Of a stretch of 34,178 nucleotides of DNA, positions 24,985 through 34,178 are shown in pieces; position 1 is the stretch's first letter; each line of letters starts with the position of its first letter. The translations under genes and the position numbers were made by a program. The notes under the pieces were generated by a model that was given only the letters and a program-made list of their open reading frames with translations, did not search any database and was not told the origin of the DNA. The DNA comes from a virus (taxonomy: Duplodnaviria > Caudoviricetes). Location: positions 1 to 34,178 of the IMG/VR virus record IMGVR_UViG_3300040985_000787; one strand, written 5' to 3'.

Positions 24985-25803
24985 ATGCCCAATGAACTAT
25001 TCAACCGCCGGGCCTCAATAGTAATCGGCCAGTACGGAGGCACTGGAGTGCGCCTAGATGACTTGCGCATTTCCTTCAGCATCACCAAGAGCATGAAGTC
25101 AAGCGCCAACGAAGCCAGCATTACGGTTTACAACATGGCGAAGCAATCACGGGATCTGCTAAATGCTAAAAGCGTGGCAGTACAACTGGCGGCTGGCTAT
25201 GGTGACAACGTTAGCGTGATATTCGACGGGCAAGTAATCAAGAGCAGCGTACGTCGAGAACGCCCTATGTGGGTGACAAACATAGACGGCGGTGACGGTA
25301 TCGTGCCGCTATCCACAGGCAGACTGTCGCGTACATTCGTGGAAGGTGAAAGCCGCACCAGCGTTGTCAACGCACTTGTAAACTCTATGGGAACCGTGGC
25401 GCTAGGCGTCAATGAAAGCACCGCACTGCGTCGGTCGCTATCCGCTCCGCTGACTTTTGCCGGTAGTGCCCGGCGCAGTCTTGATACCCTGGCTAGGCAA
25501 TGGGGGTTTTCATGGTCAGTGCAGGATGGTGCAGCCGAGTTTGTAGATAAGGGAAAGAAGGGGAGAAACACGAGCGCAGCACCATTACTAAATCAATCTA
25601 CTGGCCTTATAGGTACCCCCGAGTGGACCGAAGATGGATTAGTTGTGCAGAGCCTATTGAACGTGCGGATACGCCCCGGACGCCCCGTAAAACTAGAGTC
25701 GCAGACAGCCTCCGGCATTTTTCAGGTTGAACGGGTAGTATTTTCGGGGGATACTCACGGTGATGACTGGACTTCAACCGCCACCATGCAGGAGGCTTCT
25801 TGA
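24985..25803 (+). CDS. Baseplate hub protein
   Basis: LRISFSITK, ITVYN, LAAGY, WSVQDG, TGLIGTP, GDTHGDDW. Confidence 0.82.
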   Translation: MPNELFNRRASIVIGQYGGTGVRLDDLRISFSITKSMKSSANEASITVYNMAKQSRDLLNAKSVAVQLAAGYGDNVSVIFDGQVIKSSVRRERPMWVTNIDGGDGIVPLSTGRLSRTFVEGESRTSVVNALVNSMGTVALGVNESTALRRSLSAPLTFAGSARRSLDTLARQWGFSWSVQDGAAEFVDKGKKGRNTSAAPLLNQSTGLIGTPEWTEDGLVVQSLLNVRIRPGRPVKLESQTASGIFQVERVVFSGDTHGDDWTSTATMQEAS

Positions 25804-26351
25804 GCGTAGAAACACAACGATCTCCAGACCTGCGTGATCTGTTTAGGCAGTCAAGCGGAAACATCAGTGCCGCCATTCGTGCTTGCGCCCCTGGCACCGT
25901 TATCAAAGTGTGGCCCGGTGATCTGGTGGACGTGAAATTGACGGTGAATGAGCTGGACGCAGACGACAACCCGGAAGCCCTGCCAACGCTGCGCAAGGTG
26001 CCCCTGTTCAACTTCGGCAATGCACGCATTTACACCCGCTATCCCGTGTTGTTAGGTGATCCCGTGCTTTGCATGTTTGGAGATGTTGACCTTGACTCAT
26101 GGAAGGGCACCCGTGGATTGAAGGTGGTTGACGCAGGTAGCGACCGTCGCCATGATTTGAGTGACTGCATGGCGATGCCCATAGGGTGGGGGCAGACACC
26201 ACCGGGGCTTGAGGTGTTGGGTTTCCTGCTTGAGTACATTGGGGTTGTCAAAGGGCTTGTTACCGTCCATCCATCAGGCACGCTTGACCCGGCAACCATC
26301 ACCTTACTCACCGCACTTGAAGCACGCCTGAACGCAGCGGGGGTGAAGTAA
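25800..26351 (+). CDS. Baseplate spike (gpV/gp138-like N-domain)
   Basis: PG.VI, VP, GD.VL..FGD.DLDSW, RRHDLSD; short C-terminus. Confidence 0.8.
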   Translation: MSVETQRSPDLRDLFRQSSGNISAAIRACAPGTVIKVWPGDLVDVKLTVNELDADDNPEALPTLRKVPLFNFGNARIYTRYPVLLGDPVLCMFGDVDLDSWKGTRGLKVVDAGSDRRHDLSDCMAMPIGWGQTPPGLEVLGFLLEYIGVVKGLVTVHPSGTLDPATITLLTALEARLNAAGVK

Positions 26352-26740
26352 TGCCAACCGATCTAAGATTTGAATATCAGGTTCTTCTAGGCCGATATGA
26401 TATCTATCTAACCGACTCAGCAACCGTGCAAGTAACCGACGCCACATTGCAGACGGGCACCGCCGAGATTGACCAGAAGATCCGGGCAGTGTTGCAGACG
26501 CAGCGGGGCGAGTGGTACCTTGACACAACGCAGGGCGTGCCATACTTTACCGACGTATTCAAAAAGAACGCCAGCACGCAGGTAGTCGGCTCGGCAATTA
26601 CCGCCGCACTCAAGCGGATACCTGAAGTGATTGAGATCACCGAAATGTCAGTTACCATAGACGCATCGGCCCGGACTTCAGCCGTATCATTCAAGGCCCG
26701 CACCACTGATGGCACGTTCCTAGTACAAGAGGAGTTCTAG
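26351..26740 (+). CDS. Baseplate wedge/sheath initiator (gp25-like)
   Basis: QKIRAVLQTQRGEWYLDTTQGVPY. Confidence 0.82.
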   Translation: MPTDLRFEYQVLLGRYDIYLTDSATVQVTDATLQTGTAEIDQKIRAVLQTQRGEWYLDTTQGVPYFTDVFKKNASTQVVGSAITAALKRIPEVIEITEMSVTIDASARTSAVSFKARTTDGTFLVQEEF

Positions 26741-28251
26741 TGGCAACCTACGGAATCACCGCAACCGGGTTTGTGCGCAAGCCTCTATCGGTTATCAAGT
26801 CAGATCTTGAGGCTAACTTCATCGCTCAGTTTGGGGCAGACACAGACGTTTCCTCGAATTCAGTATTCGGTAAAATCATCGGCATCATGGCGCAAGAGCT
26901 TGATGCAGTATGGGAACTTGAAGAGGACAACTACAACTCATTCTCCCCCGACACCGCCAGCGGAACATCACTTGATAACGCTGTGGCCCTTACCGCCATT
27001 GCCCGCAAAGCAGCCACCGCATCCACTGTTTGGGCGATCCTGCGACTGCAACCAGCGACCACCGTAGCAGCTCTAAAGCGGGTAGGTATCCTAGGCAGTG
27101 ACCCCGCAGTTATTTACACCCTGAACGCAGCGGTTACGGATACCGTGGCAGCGACTACCTATGGCGCATGGGTGACGATTGGCCTACTTATTGTTGGTGA
27201 CACGTACGACGTGCTAATCAATGGCACGAACCACACGAGCGCCGCCGTTATAGCCAGTGACACTAAGGTGGATATACTGACTGACATAATGGGCAAAATC
27301 AACGCAGGCGCACAGGCTGGCGTTGTGACAGCCTATCTCGACGTTGCCAGCGAGACGCTCTATGTCTACGGCGATCCCGTGGGCAATGATATTCCCGCTG
27401 CAACATTCAGCGTATCAACCGCTGTAGTCGGTGGTGGTGGTGGAACCATGGCCATTCCGGGGCTAGGCTCCATCGGGTACTTCACCAACACAGCAACAGG
27501 CGCACAGGCTACGCTGGCAAACACGCTCACGGATATCCTTGACGGGGTTGTGGGGTGGGATGGCGTGGACAATATCGTTGATGCTACGCTAGGCGAGGAA
27601 CTAGAGACAGACGCAGACCTGCGGATTAGGCGAGAGCAATCGCTGCATGTTGCCAACGGGGGCACCGTCGAGGCTATCCGCACCGCATTGCTTGCGGTTG
27701 ATGATGTGGACGAAGCCCTTGTGCGTGAGAACATCACGGACCTGATAGACGTGGACCTTCTGCCGCCGCACTCAATCCATTGTATCATTGACGTTCCTGT
27801 GGACCCGACACTTGAGAAGGACGAAGAACTAGCGCAACTGATCTGGGAAACGAAGTGCGCTGGCATAGCGACATACGGATCTGGCTTTATCGAGATCATT
27901 GACTCCATGGGGTTCCCGCACGACATCTACTTCTCTCGGCCTGCATCCATCGGCATACTTGTGCAGGTATCTTACCGCCTCTACGACGAAGAGATATTCC
28001 CCGCCGGAGGACAGGCTGAAATGCAATCAATCGTTGCAGCATGGGCAGCGGCCAACCAGAACATCGGCATGGACGCAATCGGCGGGCGCTACGTTGGTCC
28101 GATCTTTGACGGTGTGCCGGGCATGGATATCGTTGAAGTGCTGGTTGACTTCAAGGTTGGCCCGCTAGGATTTACCGACGTTCGCTCAATCGAGTGGGCA
28201 GAGCGGGCAAGCATTATTTCCGCCGATGTTTCATTCGTGGTGATTCCATGA
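26740..28251 (+). CDS. Baseplate J-like protein with inserted domain
   Basis: YGITATGF, PDTASGTSLD, ETDADLRIRR, LPPHSI, AGIATYG; TAGTG overlap. Confidence 0.9.
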   Translation: MATYGITATGFVRKPLSVIKSDLEANFIAQFGADTDVSSNSVFGKIIGIMAQELDAVWELEEDNYNSFSPDTASGTSLDNAVALTAIARKAATASTVWAILRLQPATTVAALKRVGILGSDPAVIYTLNAAVTDTVAATTYGAWVTIGLLIVGDTYDVLINGTNHTSAAVIASDTKVDILTDIMGKINAGAQAGVVTAYLDVASETLYVYGDPVGNDIPAATFSVSTAVVGGGGGTMAIPGLGSIGYFTNTATGAQATLANTLTDILDGVVGWDGVDNIVDATLGEELETDADLRIRREQSLHVANGGTVEAIRTALLAVDDVDEALVRENITDLIDVDLLPPHSIHCIIDVPVDPTLEKDEELAQLIWETKCAGIATYGSGFIEIIDSMGFPHDIYFSRPASIGILVQVSYRLYDEEIFPAGGQAEMQSIVAAWAAANQNIGMDAIGGRYVGPIFDGVPGMDIVEVLVDFKVGPLGFTDVRSIEWAERASIISADVSFVVIP

Positions 28252-28523
28252 CCGTGAAACTCAAAAAGGGCGAGCGCCTCATGTCCATCTGCTATATCTC
28301 GGGGCCACCGTGGCGCAAAGATATCGGCATATTGATCGGCATGGGTCCAGTGGGCCACCCATGGGGCACAGGGGAAACAGGAGAGGTACATGCAGCCACG
28401 GGCCTACGCCTGAAGGTGGCAACCGTTGCGGTGCCTAAGAAGTGTGCCCATGAGGGCATCGCAGAGCGGGAGTGGCGTATCACGAAGAACGGGCAGCGAG
28501 TAAAGAGGGTCAAAAATGGCTGA
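28248..28523 (+). CDS. Small basic hypothetical protein inserted in the baseplate module
   Basis: ATGA overlap with baseplate J stop; overlaps next gene. Confidence 0.55.
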   Translation: MTVKLKKGERLMSICYISGPPWRKDIGILIGMGPVGHPWGTGETGEVHAATGLRLKVATVAVPKKCAHEGIAEREWRITKNGQRVKRVKNG

Positions 28524-30357
28524 TATACATTTCGGAAACGGCCAACCCATTACCAGTCTGAGCGCTGCACTAACCGCGGCCAGCAATGGCGACAGGATTA
28601 TAAGCCACGGCCCGCACCTTGACACCGTCAACACGGTTACATGGACAAAGAATGATATCGTATGGAATCACCGGGGAGGAACATATCGCTTCGACGGTGG
28701 GCTAGCCACTCTGGATTGCTTGAAGATTACGGGCACAGGCAACACGCTGAACTTATCCAATGCAGTCGGGCGTGTAACTATGGCTGGGTATGGGCGTTAC
28801 GTGTTTTGGGTGACTGGGGCCGGTAATACTATCAACGACCCTTACCTGTTGGCCAACGGGTACATTGCAGCGGGCCACTGCTACCACTACCGAATACAGT
28901 CAGATTGCACTTTCAACCGACCAGTCATTGCCAGCGGGCTAGACAATAACAATCGACACTACGGGATCAGGTTCGATGTTTCGGGCGGTGGTACCGTGAA
29001 TGATGCGGTGGTTACCAATCTAGTCACGACGGCGGGCGGCCAGATTTACCCCGTGATTACCAACGGGGCTTCAGGTGCGTCGGTATTGGATGGGATAACG
29101 ATTGAGAACATGTCAGCCAGCAATGGTGTTTTCGGGATATTCTGGAATGGCACCGGGGCAGGAGATGTTCTGGCCGTGCGCCGGGCACACATATCAAACA
29201 TAAACGTAGGCGTCGGAACCGCCTACGCAGGGTATGGCCTCACCGGAAAAGGGATCAATATTGAAGATTTCGTTTGCATCGGCCCAGGTACTTCCGGGAT
29301 TCGAGTTTCTTCTGCGGCGGCATTTGTCGGGAACGAGAACCGGATCGTCAACGGAGTGCTTTACGGCTGGACGTCTCACGGGATAGAGGCGGTTTGCAAT
29401 TTTGCGGGCAGTGCACCAACCGTCGAGAACGTAATCGCCAGAGATGGCACTGCAAACGGGTTCACGTCCACCGGAGCATTTGACCCCGATTCGGATAACA
29501 ACCTAGCGTATGGCAATGGCACCGATTATAACGGGTGGACAAAGGGTGCTTCTGACCTTGAGAACGTTAGGCCGATGCACACCGACGCAGCCGGTGGCGA
29601 CTTCACGTTGCTCGCCGGTTCACCGTGCATCGACGCAGGCGCTACCATTGTAGGCAGATCAACAGACTTCGCCGGTGACCCCATAAGTGGCAGCGGTACA
29701 GACATCGGCCCCTACGAATACCAGTGGGATTTTCCCCGGTACGACGAAGGGTATGCACTCCTGCCATCGCTCTACAAGGAAGCCACTTACTTTGTGCATA
29801 TGATTCAAGCCCTGTCGGGTAAGATAACCCCGAAGAATTCCGTCGAGGAACTAGAAGTTGTCGGGCAAGCACTCGCCGCCGATCTTTGGATTGCCAACGC
29901 TACGGGGATACAGTTGGACGTTCTGGGCCGCATACTCGGGCGTCTGCGTGGCGGCATGGCCGATGAAGAATACCGGCACTGGCTATACTTGCAAGCGGCA
30001 ATCAACACGAGCCAGGGACTAGCAGAGCAAGTGATCCAGATTATGGTGCAATGGTTTGCGCCTGACTGGGTGCAGATTCTTGAGCAGTACCCGCAGACTG
30101 GTGGCGCTGAACAAACAGCAAAATTCTATGCCTGCGTCAAGACTGCGGGCACCATCCCGCCAAACATCACCGATTTGATTCAACAGATAGCAGCGGGTGG
30201 CGTAAGCATGTGGTTCACGAGCCCCACGAGCCTAACCCCGTTTGGATTCTCTGATGACTCGCTAGCAGACGGCTTTGACGAAGTAGACCTGTTCCATGTG
30301 CCAGAAGGAAACGGCGGCGCATATACTGAACTTTACCCGCATGATGGGGAGACATAA
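28516..30357 (+). CDS. Right-handed beta-helix domain fused to DUF2612/gpI-like baseplate wedge domain
   Basis: Beta-helix repeats ending in DFTLLAGSPCIDAG...DIGPYEY; then ATGIQLDVLGRILG...DEEYR...INTSQG. Confidence 0.8.
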   Translation: MADIHFGNGQPITSLSAALTAASNGDRIISHGPHLDTVNTVTWTKNDIVWNHRGGTYRFDGGLATLDCLKITGTGNTLNLSNAVGRVTMAGYGRYVFWVTGAGNTINDPYLLANGYIAAGHCYHYRIQSDCTFNRPVIASGLDNNNRHYGIRFDVSGGGTVNDAVVTNLVTTAGGQIYPVITNGASGASVLDGITIENMSASNGVFGIFWNGTGAGDVLAVRRAHISNINVGVGTAYAGYGLTGKGINIEDFVCIGPGTSGIRVSSAAAFVGNENRIVNGVLYGWTSHGIEAVCNFAGSAPTVENVIARDGTANGFTSTGAFDPDSDNNLAYGNGTDYNGWTKGASDLENVRPMHTDAAGGDFTLLAGSPCIDAGATIVGRSTDFAGDPISGSGTDIGPYEYQWDFPRYDEGYALLPSLYKEATYFVHMIQALSGKITPKNSVEELEVVGQALAADLWIANATGIQLDVLGRILGRLRGGMADEEYRHWLYLQAAINTSQGLAEQVIQIMVQWFAPDWVQILEQYPQTGGAEQTAKFYACVKTAGTIPPNITDLIQQIAAGGVSMWFTSPTSLTPFGFSDDSLADGFDEVDLFHVPEGNGGAYTELYPHDGET

Positions 30358-32237
30358 TGGCACCTATTACGAAACCAAATGACAAGCCGCTTTGGGCTAC
30401 CACGATTCAACTCACTGGCGGGCGCTGGAATGTCATCGCCCCGGCTCCCGGTCGTGAACCTGAAGGATGGCTTTACCTTGAAAAGCCACCCCGCAACTAT
30501 GATAACTTCCTGTGGCATTACACGGGCGAGTGGATCGAATACCTCGAAGCCCACACGGATGCAGCGCAGAAGTGTGCGACGTTCGTGATTGCTGCTGAAG
30601 ACGCGGTTGACGGGTGGAAGCAGACTGCTGATTATGTTGTGGGGGTTGGGGCGGATGCTACGTTAGTGATTGAAACCGCAATCGCTGCACTGCCCGCACA
30701 AGGGGGCCGGATTCTGCTGTCCGATGGTACGTTTACCTGCCAAACCACCGTCAACCTCGGGGCTGCTGTAGTGCGCCTTGAGGGGCAAGGAAGATCGTCA
30801 ACTTTCCTCACGTGGGGTAACGTGGCTGCCGGTGGTGCTGACATTGTAGACGCTAGCGCATCCCCTGATTTCTCCATTGCCAACTTGACAATTGACACTG
30901 CGACAGTTGCCCCTGCCTATCTGAATGGGTTGAAGGTTACCGGCTGCGTTGGCACCATTGAAAACCTCGGCTTCATCGGGATTTACGGTGACGGTACGGC
31001 CACGCTACCCGGCACACCGAAGGGCTCCTGCTTGTGGGCAACGGGATCATCACTACAAGTCAACAACATCAACATCGCAATGGATTCCACGGGGCCGGAC
31101 GTTACCGATGCCGCAATGGCTTTCGTGGCAAGCAGCGTTGTGCAGGGTGGCAACTTCAGAATACTCGCTCCCGGCTTTGGTGGCACGAACCCCACTGAGG
31201 CAGCGGTATATCTGCACACGTCAAACGTTCAACTGCACAACATCTTTGCCGCATTCTCAACGCACGCATTACACGCCATATCATGCGACAACTCATCGGT
31301 TTCCGGGGTGTATGGCGTATCTACTGGCGTCGGAGTGCATTTGGATACTTGTTCTAAGTTCAATGTTGCTGGGGTAATTGAGTCTGCAACCGGGCATGGG
31401 TTTTTTCTAGACACATGCACCGCTTGTGAAGTCGATGCTACCGTATTGACCCCCACTGCCGCTGGCGTCTCATTGGATACATGCGAGCGAGTGAAGGTTC
31501 ACGCACGAGTTGACACACCGGGCACGCAGGGCGTCGAGATGGCCACGTGTGAGCGATGTTCTGCCAATGCCTGTGAGATTGAAGCACCGGGCGGCAGCGG
31601 GCTTTACATTGACACAAACAGCGCACGGTGTGAGATTGTCGGTGGTTCAGTCAACGGGTCCACCGGCAATGGGTTCTCTGTGCTAGGTGACAACTGCATC
31701 GCCAATGGCGTCAATGTGCTGACACCGGCAACAATCGGGGCCACAATGGACGGCATTTACAACCAGATTACCAACTGCCGATTTGATAACATCGGTACTG
31801 ACGGGGTACATATTCTCAGTACTTGCGAAGACTCCATTCTAGCGGAGTGCATTATCAGTGACGTATCGGGGGTCAATCGAGGGATTTACTGCGAAGGCCA
31901 GCGGTGCGACGTAAATGACAACAAACTGGCAGACATCGTGGACACTGCCATCACCATCGGAAATGCCGCCAACGACTGCAACATCATCGACAACAAGATC
32001 GATGTGGGATTAGGGGCGGTTGCGCCTGCATACGGGATACACCACATCCCAGCCCCCGGACAAGGAAACTACATTCAAGGCAACCGTTGCCTAGTGGCAA
32101 CTACGGCAGACTTGAGGATTATCGGAGCATACCTAAACGCCAGAAGTACGCCAGAAACGGCTGGCGGCGCAGGCGGGGGTGCAGATGGGCATGACTGCCG
32201 AGACAATAATCTAACCCTTACTGCTGCACTAGCATAA
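30357..32237 (+). CDS. Tail fibre/tailspike with Cys-rich right-handed beta-helix
   Basis: N-terminal anchor WAT...GW...EKPP...NFLW...EWIEYL; AIAALPAQGGRILLSDGTF cap; ~21-23-aa repeats. Confidence 0.85.
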   Translation: MAPITKPNDKPLWATTIQLTGGRWNVIAPAPGREPEGWLYLEKPPRNYDNFLWHYTGEWIEYLEAHTDAAQKCATFVIAAEDAVDGWKQTADYVVGVGADATLVIETAIAALPAQGGRILLSDGTFTCQTTVNLGAAVVRLEGQGRSSTFLTWGNVAAGGADIVDASASPDFSIANLTIDTATVAPAYLNGLKVTGCVGTIENLGFIGIYGDGTATLPGTPKGSCLWATGSSLQVNNINIAMDSTGPDVTDAAMAFVASSVVQGGNFRILAPGFGGTNPTEAAVYLHTSNVQLHNIFAAFSTHALHAISCDNSSVSGVYGVSTGVGVHLDTCSKFNVAGVIESATGHGFFLDTCTACEVDATVLTPTAAGVSLDTCERVKVHARVDTPGTQGVEMATCERCSANACEIEAPGGSGLYIDTNSARCEIVGGSVNGSTGNGFSVLGDNCIANGVNVLTPATIGATMDGIYNQITNCRFDNIGTDGVHILSTCEDSILAECIISDVSGVNRGIYCEGQRCDVNDNKLADIVDTAITIGNAANDCNIIDNKIDVGLGAVAPAYGIHHIPAPGQGNYIQGNRCLVATTADLRIIGAYLNARSTPETAGGAGGGADGHDCRDNNLTLTAALA

Positions 32238-32245
32238 GGAACCAC

Positions 32246-32713
32246 ATGACCGACGAATTCAATCAGGGAGCATGCGACGCCACCCACACGGCTATATCCG
32301 AGTCACTAAGTCGAATCGAGGCAGGCATAGGCAAACAAACGGAGCGAGTTGATAAGTTGTCTGTAAACGTGGGGAAACTGCGGGGCACAGTTGAGACATC
32401 GGACTGGGGGCGCAACCCATACCCCGCACCCGGCGAGCCGTCGCCCAAACCCGGTGATACTGAGGAGCTTGTGCGCAACGTGTCGGGAATCGTTCGGTTC
32501 GGGGCCAAGTATCGCAAGGCGTTACTCTACATTGCAGCCATCACAGGCATCATGGGAAGTGCAAGCATCAGCAGCGCCGTGAGCGACTTCTTGGGTGGAA
32601 GTGATACGCAGGCGTCAGTCAGTCAGGAAGATCTAGATGAAGCGGCAGCAGCGATTGCAGAGAAGGCACTTGCGGAGATTATAAAGGAACTTCCACCCCG
32701 CCAACACAAGTAA
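32246..32713 (+). CDS. Membrane protein with coiled coil, possible holin-like
   Basis: SD AAGGA; coiled coil followed by one hydrophobic segment; end of late operon. Confidence 0.45.
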   Translation: MTDEFNQGACDATHTAISESLSRIEAGIGKQTERVDKLSVNVGKLRGTVETSDWGRNPYPAPGEPSPKPGDTEELVRNVSGIVRFGAKYRKALLYIAAITGIMGSASISSAVSDFLGGSDTQASVSQEDLDEAAAAIAEKALAEIIKELPPRQHK

Positions 32714-33095
32714 AGCCCTGACCGCTCCACCCATCAAGCCCAGCATCAGACCACAGCAAAGGATCAATGTCAGGCAGGCATCTGGCGCAGAAGTTATCCG
32801 GTTCCTCTTTACCTTCAGGCACACAAACCCCACCGATAGCGCAGAAGTACGGGGCAACTTCATAGAAGCAGCCGCCTTCAGTACACCCTGAGGACGTGCA
32901 GAACAGGCCATCAGCGCATTCTTCGTCTGAATAGCACCCAGCGTCTACGTGGCCCCCATCTGTTGCGGGCAGTAACCGCTCAGACTCTTCCGAGCATCCG
33001 CTAGACAGCGACACGCCAACAGCCACCAACCCCGCAAGCGCAAGCCAGAATAGCAGGTCAACACGTTTCGCCCAGTTATGGAGTTTGGTTAGCAT
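32679..33095 (-). CDS. Cys-rich lipoprotein/secreted protein
   Basis: Hydrophobic signal ending SSGC; CYSDEECADGLFCT...C...FCAIGGVC...P.NFCARC.P...WS. Confidence 0.7.
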   Translation of the reverse strand: MLTKLHNWAKRVDLLFWLALAGLVAVGVSLSSGCSEESERLLPATDGGHVDAGCYSDEECADGLFCTSSGCTEGGCFYEVAPYFCAIGGVCVPEGKEEPDNFCARCLPDIDPLLWSDAGLDGWSGQGFTCVGGVEVPL

Positions 33096-33538
33096 TTGGG
33101 CTCCTTTGCCGCCACTTCCTTTAGGTGGCTGTCATACCTCCATTCAAGCCATGGCGTTGCCAGCGGGTGAAGCGAACACCACCCGTCTTTATTCTTCGGT
33201 GACCCCTCGCCATCGCCGCCGATTGCGTGACACAGCACGTTCGGATATTCTACCGCCTCACCTCGCCAGTAGCATGTTTGGCATCGTGGCGGTTCTGGTT
33301 CAGTTGGTTCTGGCGGTAGTTCCTTTGGCACATCACCCAACAGCCGCCGCTTGTCCTCTTCATACAGGGCTTCCCGGCTATCATTGACGACTTTGCGCCA
33401 TTCACCCTCAAGGGCATGCTTGTCTATCCGTGGTGGCGTCACTAGGCCGCACGGTAAGCACTCAGCAATCAGGGCACCGAAAGCAATCTTCACTTCTGCT
33501 TCTTTGCCGCAGTCGCATGGGAATTCGTATTGGCTCAT
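33089..33538 (-). CDS. Two-module Zn-finger protein (Lar-like N-part, Cys/His C-part)
   Basis: PCDCG...CLPCG...EW; PPRCQTC...LCH...WCSLH; start MSQYE after GGGGGGTG. Confidence 0.65.
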   Translation of the reverse strand: MSQYEFPCDCGKEAEVKIAFGALIAECLPCGLVTPPRIDKHALEGEWRKVVNDSREALYEEDKRRLLGDVPKELPPEPTEPEPPRCQTCYWRGEAVEYPNVLCHAIGGDGEGSPKNKDGWCSLHPLATPWLEWRYDSHLKEVAAKEPKC

Positions 33539-33539
33539 T

Positions 33540-33827
33540 TCACCCCCCCAATAAAACCTTCTCAACACTCCCGTCAACCCAATCGCACGGACGCCACAAG
33601 TAGACCTCCGCACTAGTACCACGCAGCGCCGCCAGCCATTCCTTTTGTTCCGGTGACGGTTTACCCTTTGCCGACTTCAACTCTGCGAATATCAACCGGG
33701 AACCCTTGACTAGCGTTAGATCTGGGAAGCCGGGTTGGCTTCTACGGCTATCCCAAGTATGGTACCCGAGGAAGCCGAGAGCCTCAGCCAGATCCAGCAC
33801 GTAGCCTTGCAACTTCTTCTCTGTCAT
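33540..33827 (-). CDS. VRR-NUC (PD-(D/E)xK) nuclease / Holliday junction resolvase-like
   Basis: TEKKLQ, GFPDL, FAELKS.KG...EQKEW, LWRP; ATGA overlap (alternative GTG start 33839). Confidence 0.88.
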   Translation of the reverse strand: MTEKKLQGYVLDLAEALGFLGYHTWDSRRSQPGFPDLTLVKGSRLIFAELKSAKGKPSPEQKEWLAALRGTSAEVYLWRPCDWVDGSVEKVLLGG

Positions 33828-34132
33828 GAGGTTGTCCACTGTCCCTCCATTGTCAAACCGATCGTAGCAAGGTGGCGGGGAGATTGCAAGAGTTGCTGCA
33901 AGGTAGCTGCAAGGGTTGCTGCAACATCATTTCTCTTGACAAACCAACCCCGCCCGCCCCGCATTCTCCAAACTCTTAGCCACCCTACCCGGAAGCATTG
34001 CCACCGGCCAGACCTTCCCCGCTTCGTCGGTGCACTCGATAATTTCAAGATCAGCGTCCAGCCACTTCGCCATTCTCCCGATCCGACCTTCAACCTTGCG
34101 TTGAAAACCACGGTGCCGCTCTTCGCACTCAA
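33824..34132 (-). CDS. Hypothetical basic protein
   Basis: TTG start overlapping the TGA of a probable truncated upstream ORF; overlaps VRR-NUC start. Confidence 0.45.
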   Translation of the reverse strand: MSAKSGTVVFNARLKVGSGEWRSGWTLILKLSSAPTKRGRSGRWQCFRVGWLRVWRMRGGRGWFVKRNDVAATLAATLQQLLQSPRHLATIGLTMEGQWTTS

Positions 34133-34178
34133 AGTAACCTTCCGGCTTCGTGTGTTTCCGCTTCTTGATATACCAACC

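Larger units (their letters stand above)
1..34178. mobile_element. Tailed phage genome segment (myovirus-type, Mu-like portal/MuF, DUF3383 sheath); prophage versus free phage undetermined
   Basis: Colinear terminase-portal-head-neck-sheath-tube-tape measure-baseplate-fibre module, dense overlapping small genes, no cellular housekeeping genes. Confidence 0.97.

Noticed and set aside
33892-33925. Short tandem GCTGCAA repeats
   Set aside because: Three imperfect 11-12-nt units inside a coding region; too short to support a function
33936-33967. Plus-strand TTGACA...CATTCT antisense promoter
   Set aside because: 20-nt spacer and lies within a minus-strand ORF
1-34178. Genome-wide stop-codon reassignment (TGA as Trp/Gly, or TAG as Gln)
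   Set aside because: Many genes end at TGA or TAG in tight ATGA/TGATG/TAGTG overlaps, and long genes are intact under code 11; only the MuF TGA looks internal

Overview
The whole window is a segment of a tailed dsDNA phage (Caudoviricetes) with a contractile tail. No integrase, att site, host gene or endolysin is visible, so prophage versus free phage cannot be decided. 1-8576 (+) is an accessory/early block: HNH nuclease, DUF6765-like Zn-hydrolase, many small Cys/Zn-finger proteins, a DUF6948-like gene followed by a (Gly-X)n microsatellite ORF, an SF2 helicase-DNA methyltransferase fusion and a lipoprotein. 8563-32713 (+) is an essentially complete morphogenesis module: terS, terL, portal, MuF/gp7-like head protein, XkdF-like protease, scaffold, triple-domain cement protein, major capsid, neck, sheath, tube, chaperones, tape measure, baseplate, two beta-helix proteins and a possible holin. 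32679-34178 (-) is a convergent block with a Cys-rich lipoprotein, a Zn-finger protein and a VRR-NUC nuclease. The most striking observation is an in-frame TGA exactly at the conserved Cys of the MuF HPxCRC motif, followed by a SECIS-like hairpin (candidate phage selenoprotein or recoding event). Second is a pair of sequence-unrelated promoter + ~90-nt leader units that can fold into the same H-type pseudoknot masking the ribosome-binding site of DNA-acting enzymes. Family names are recognised from motifs by eye; no searches or folding programs were run.
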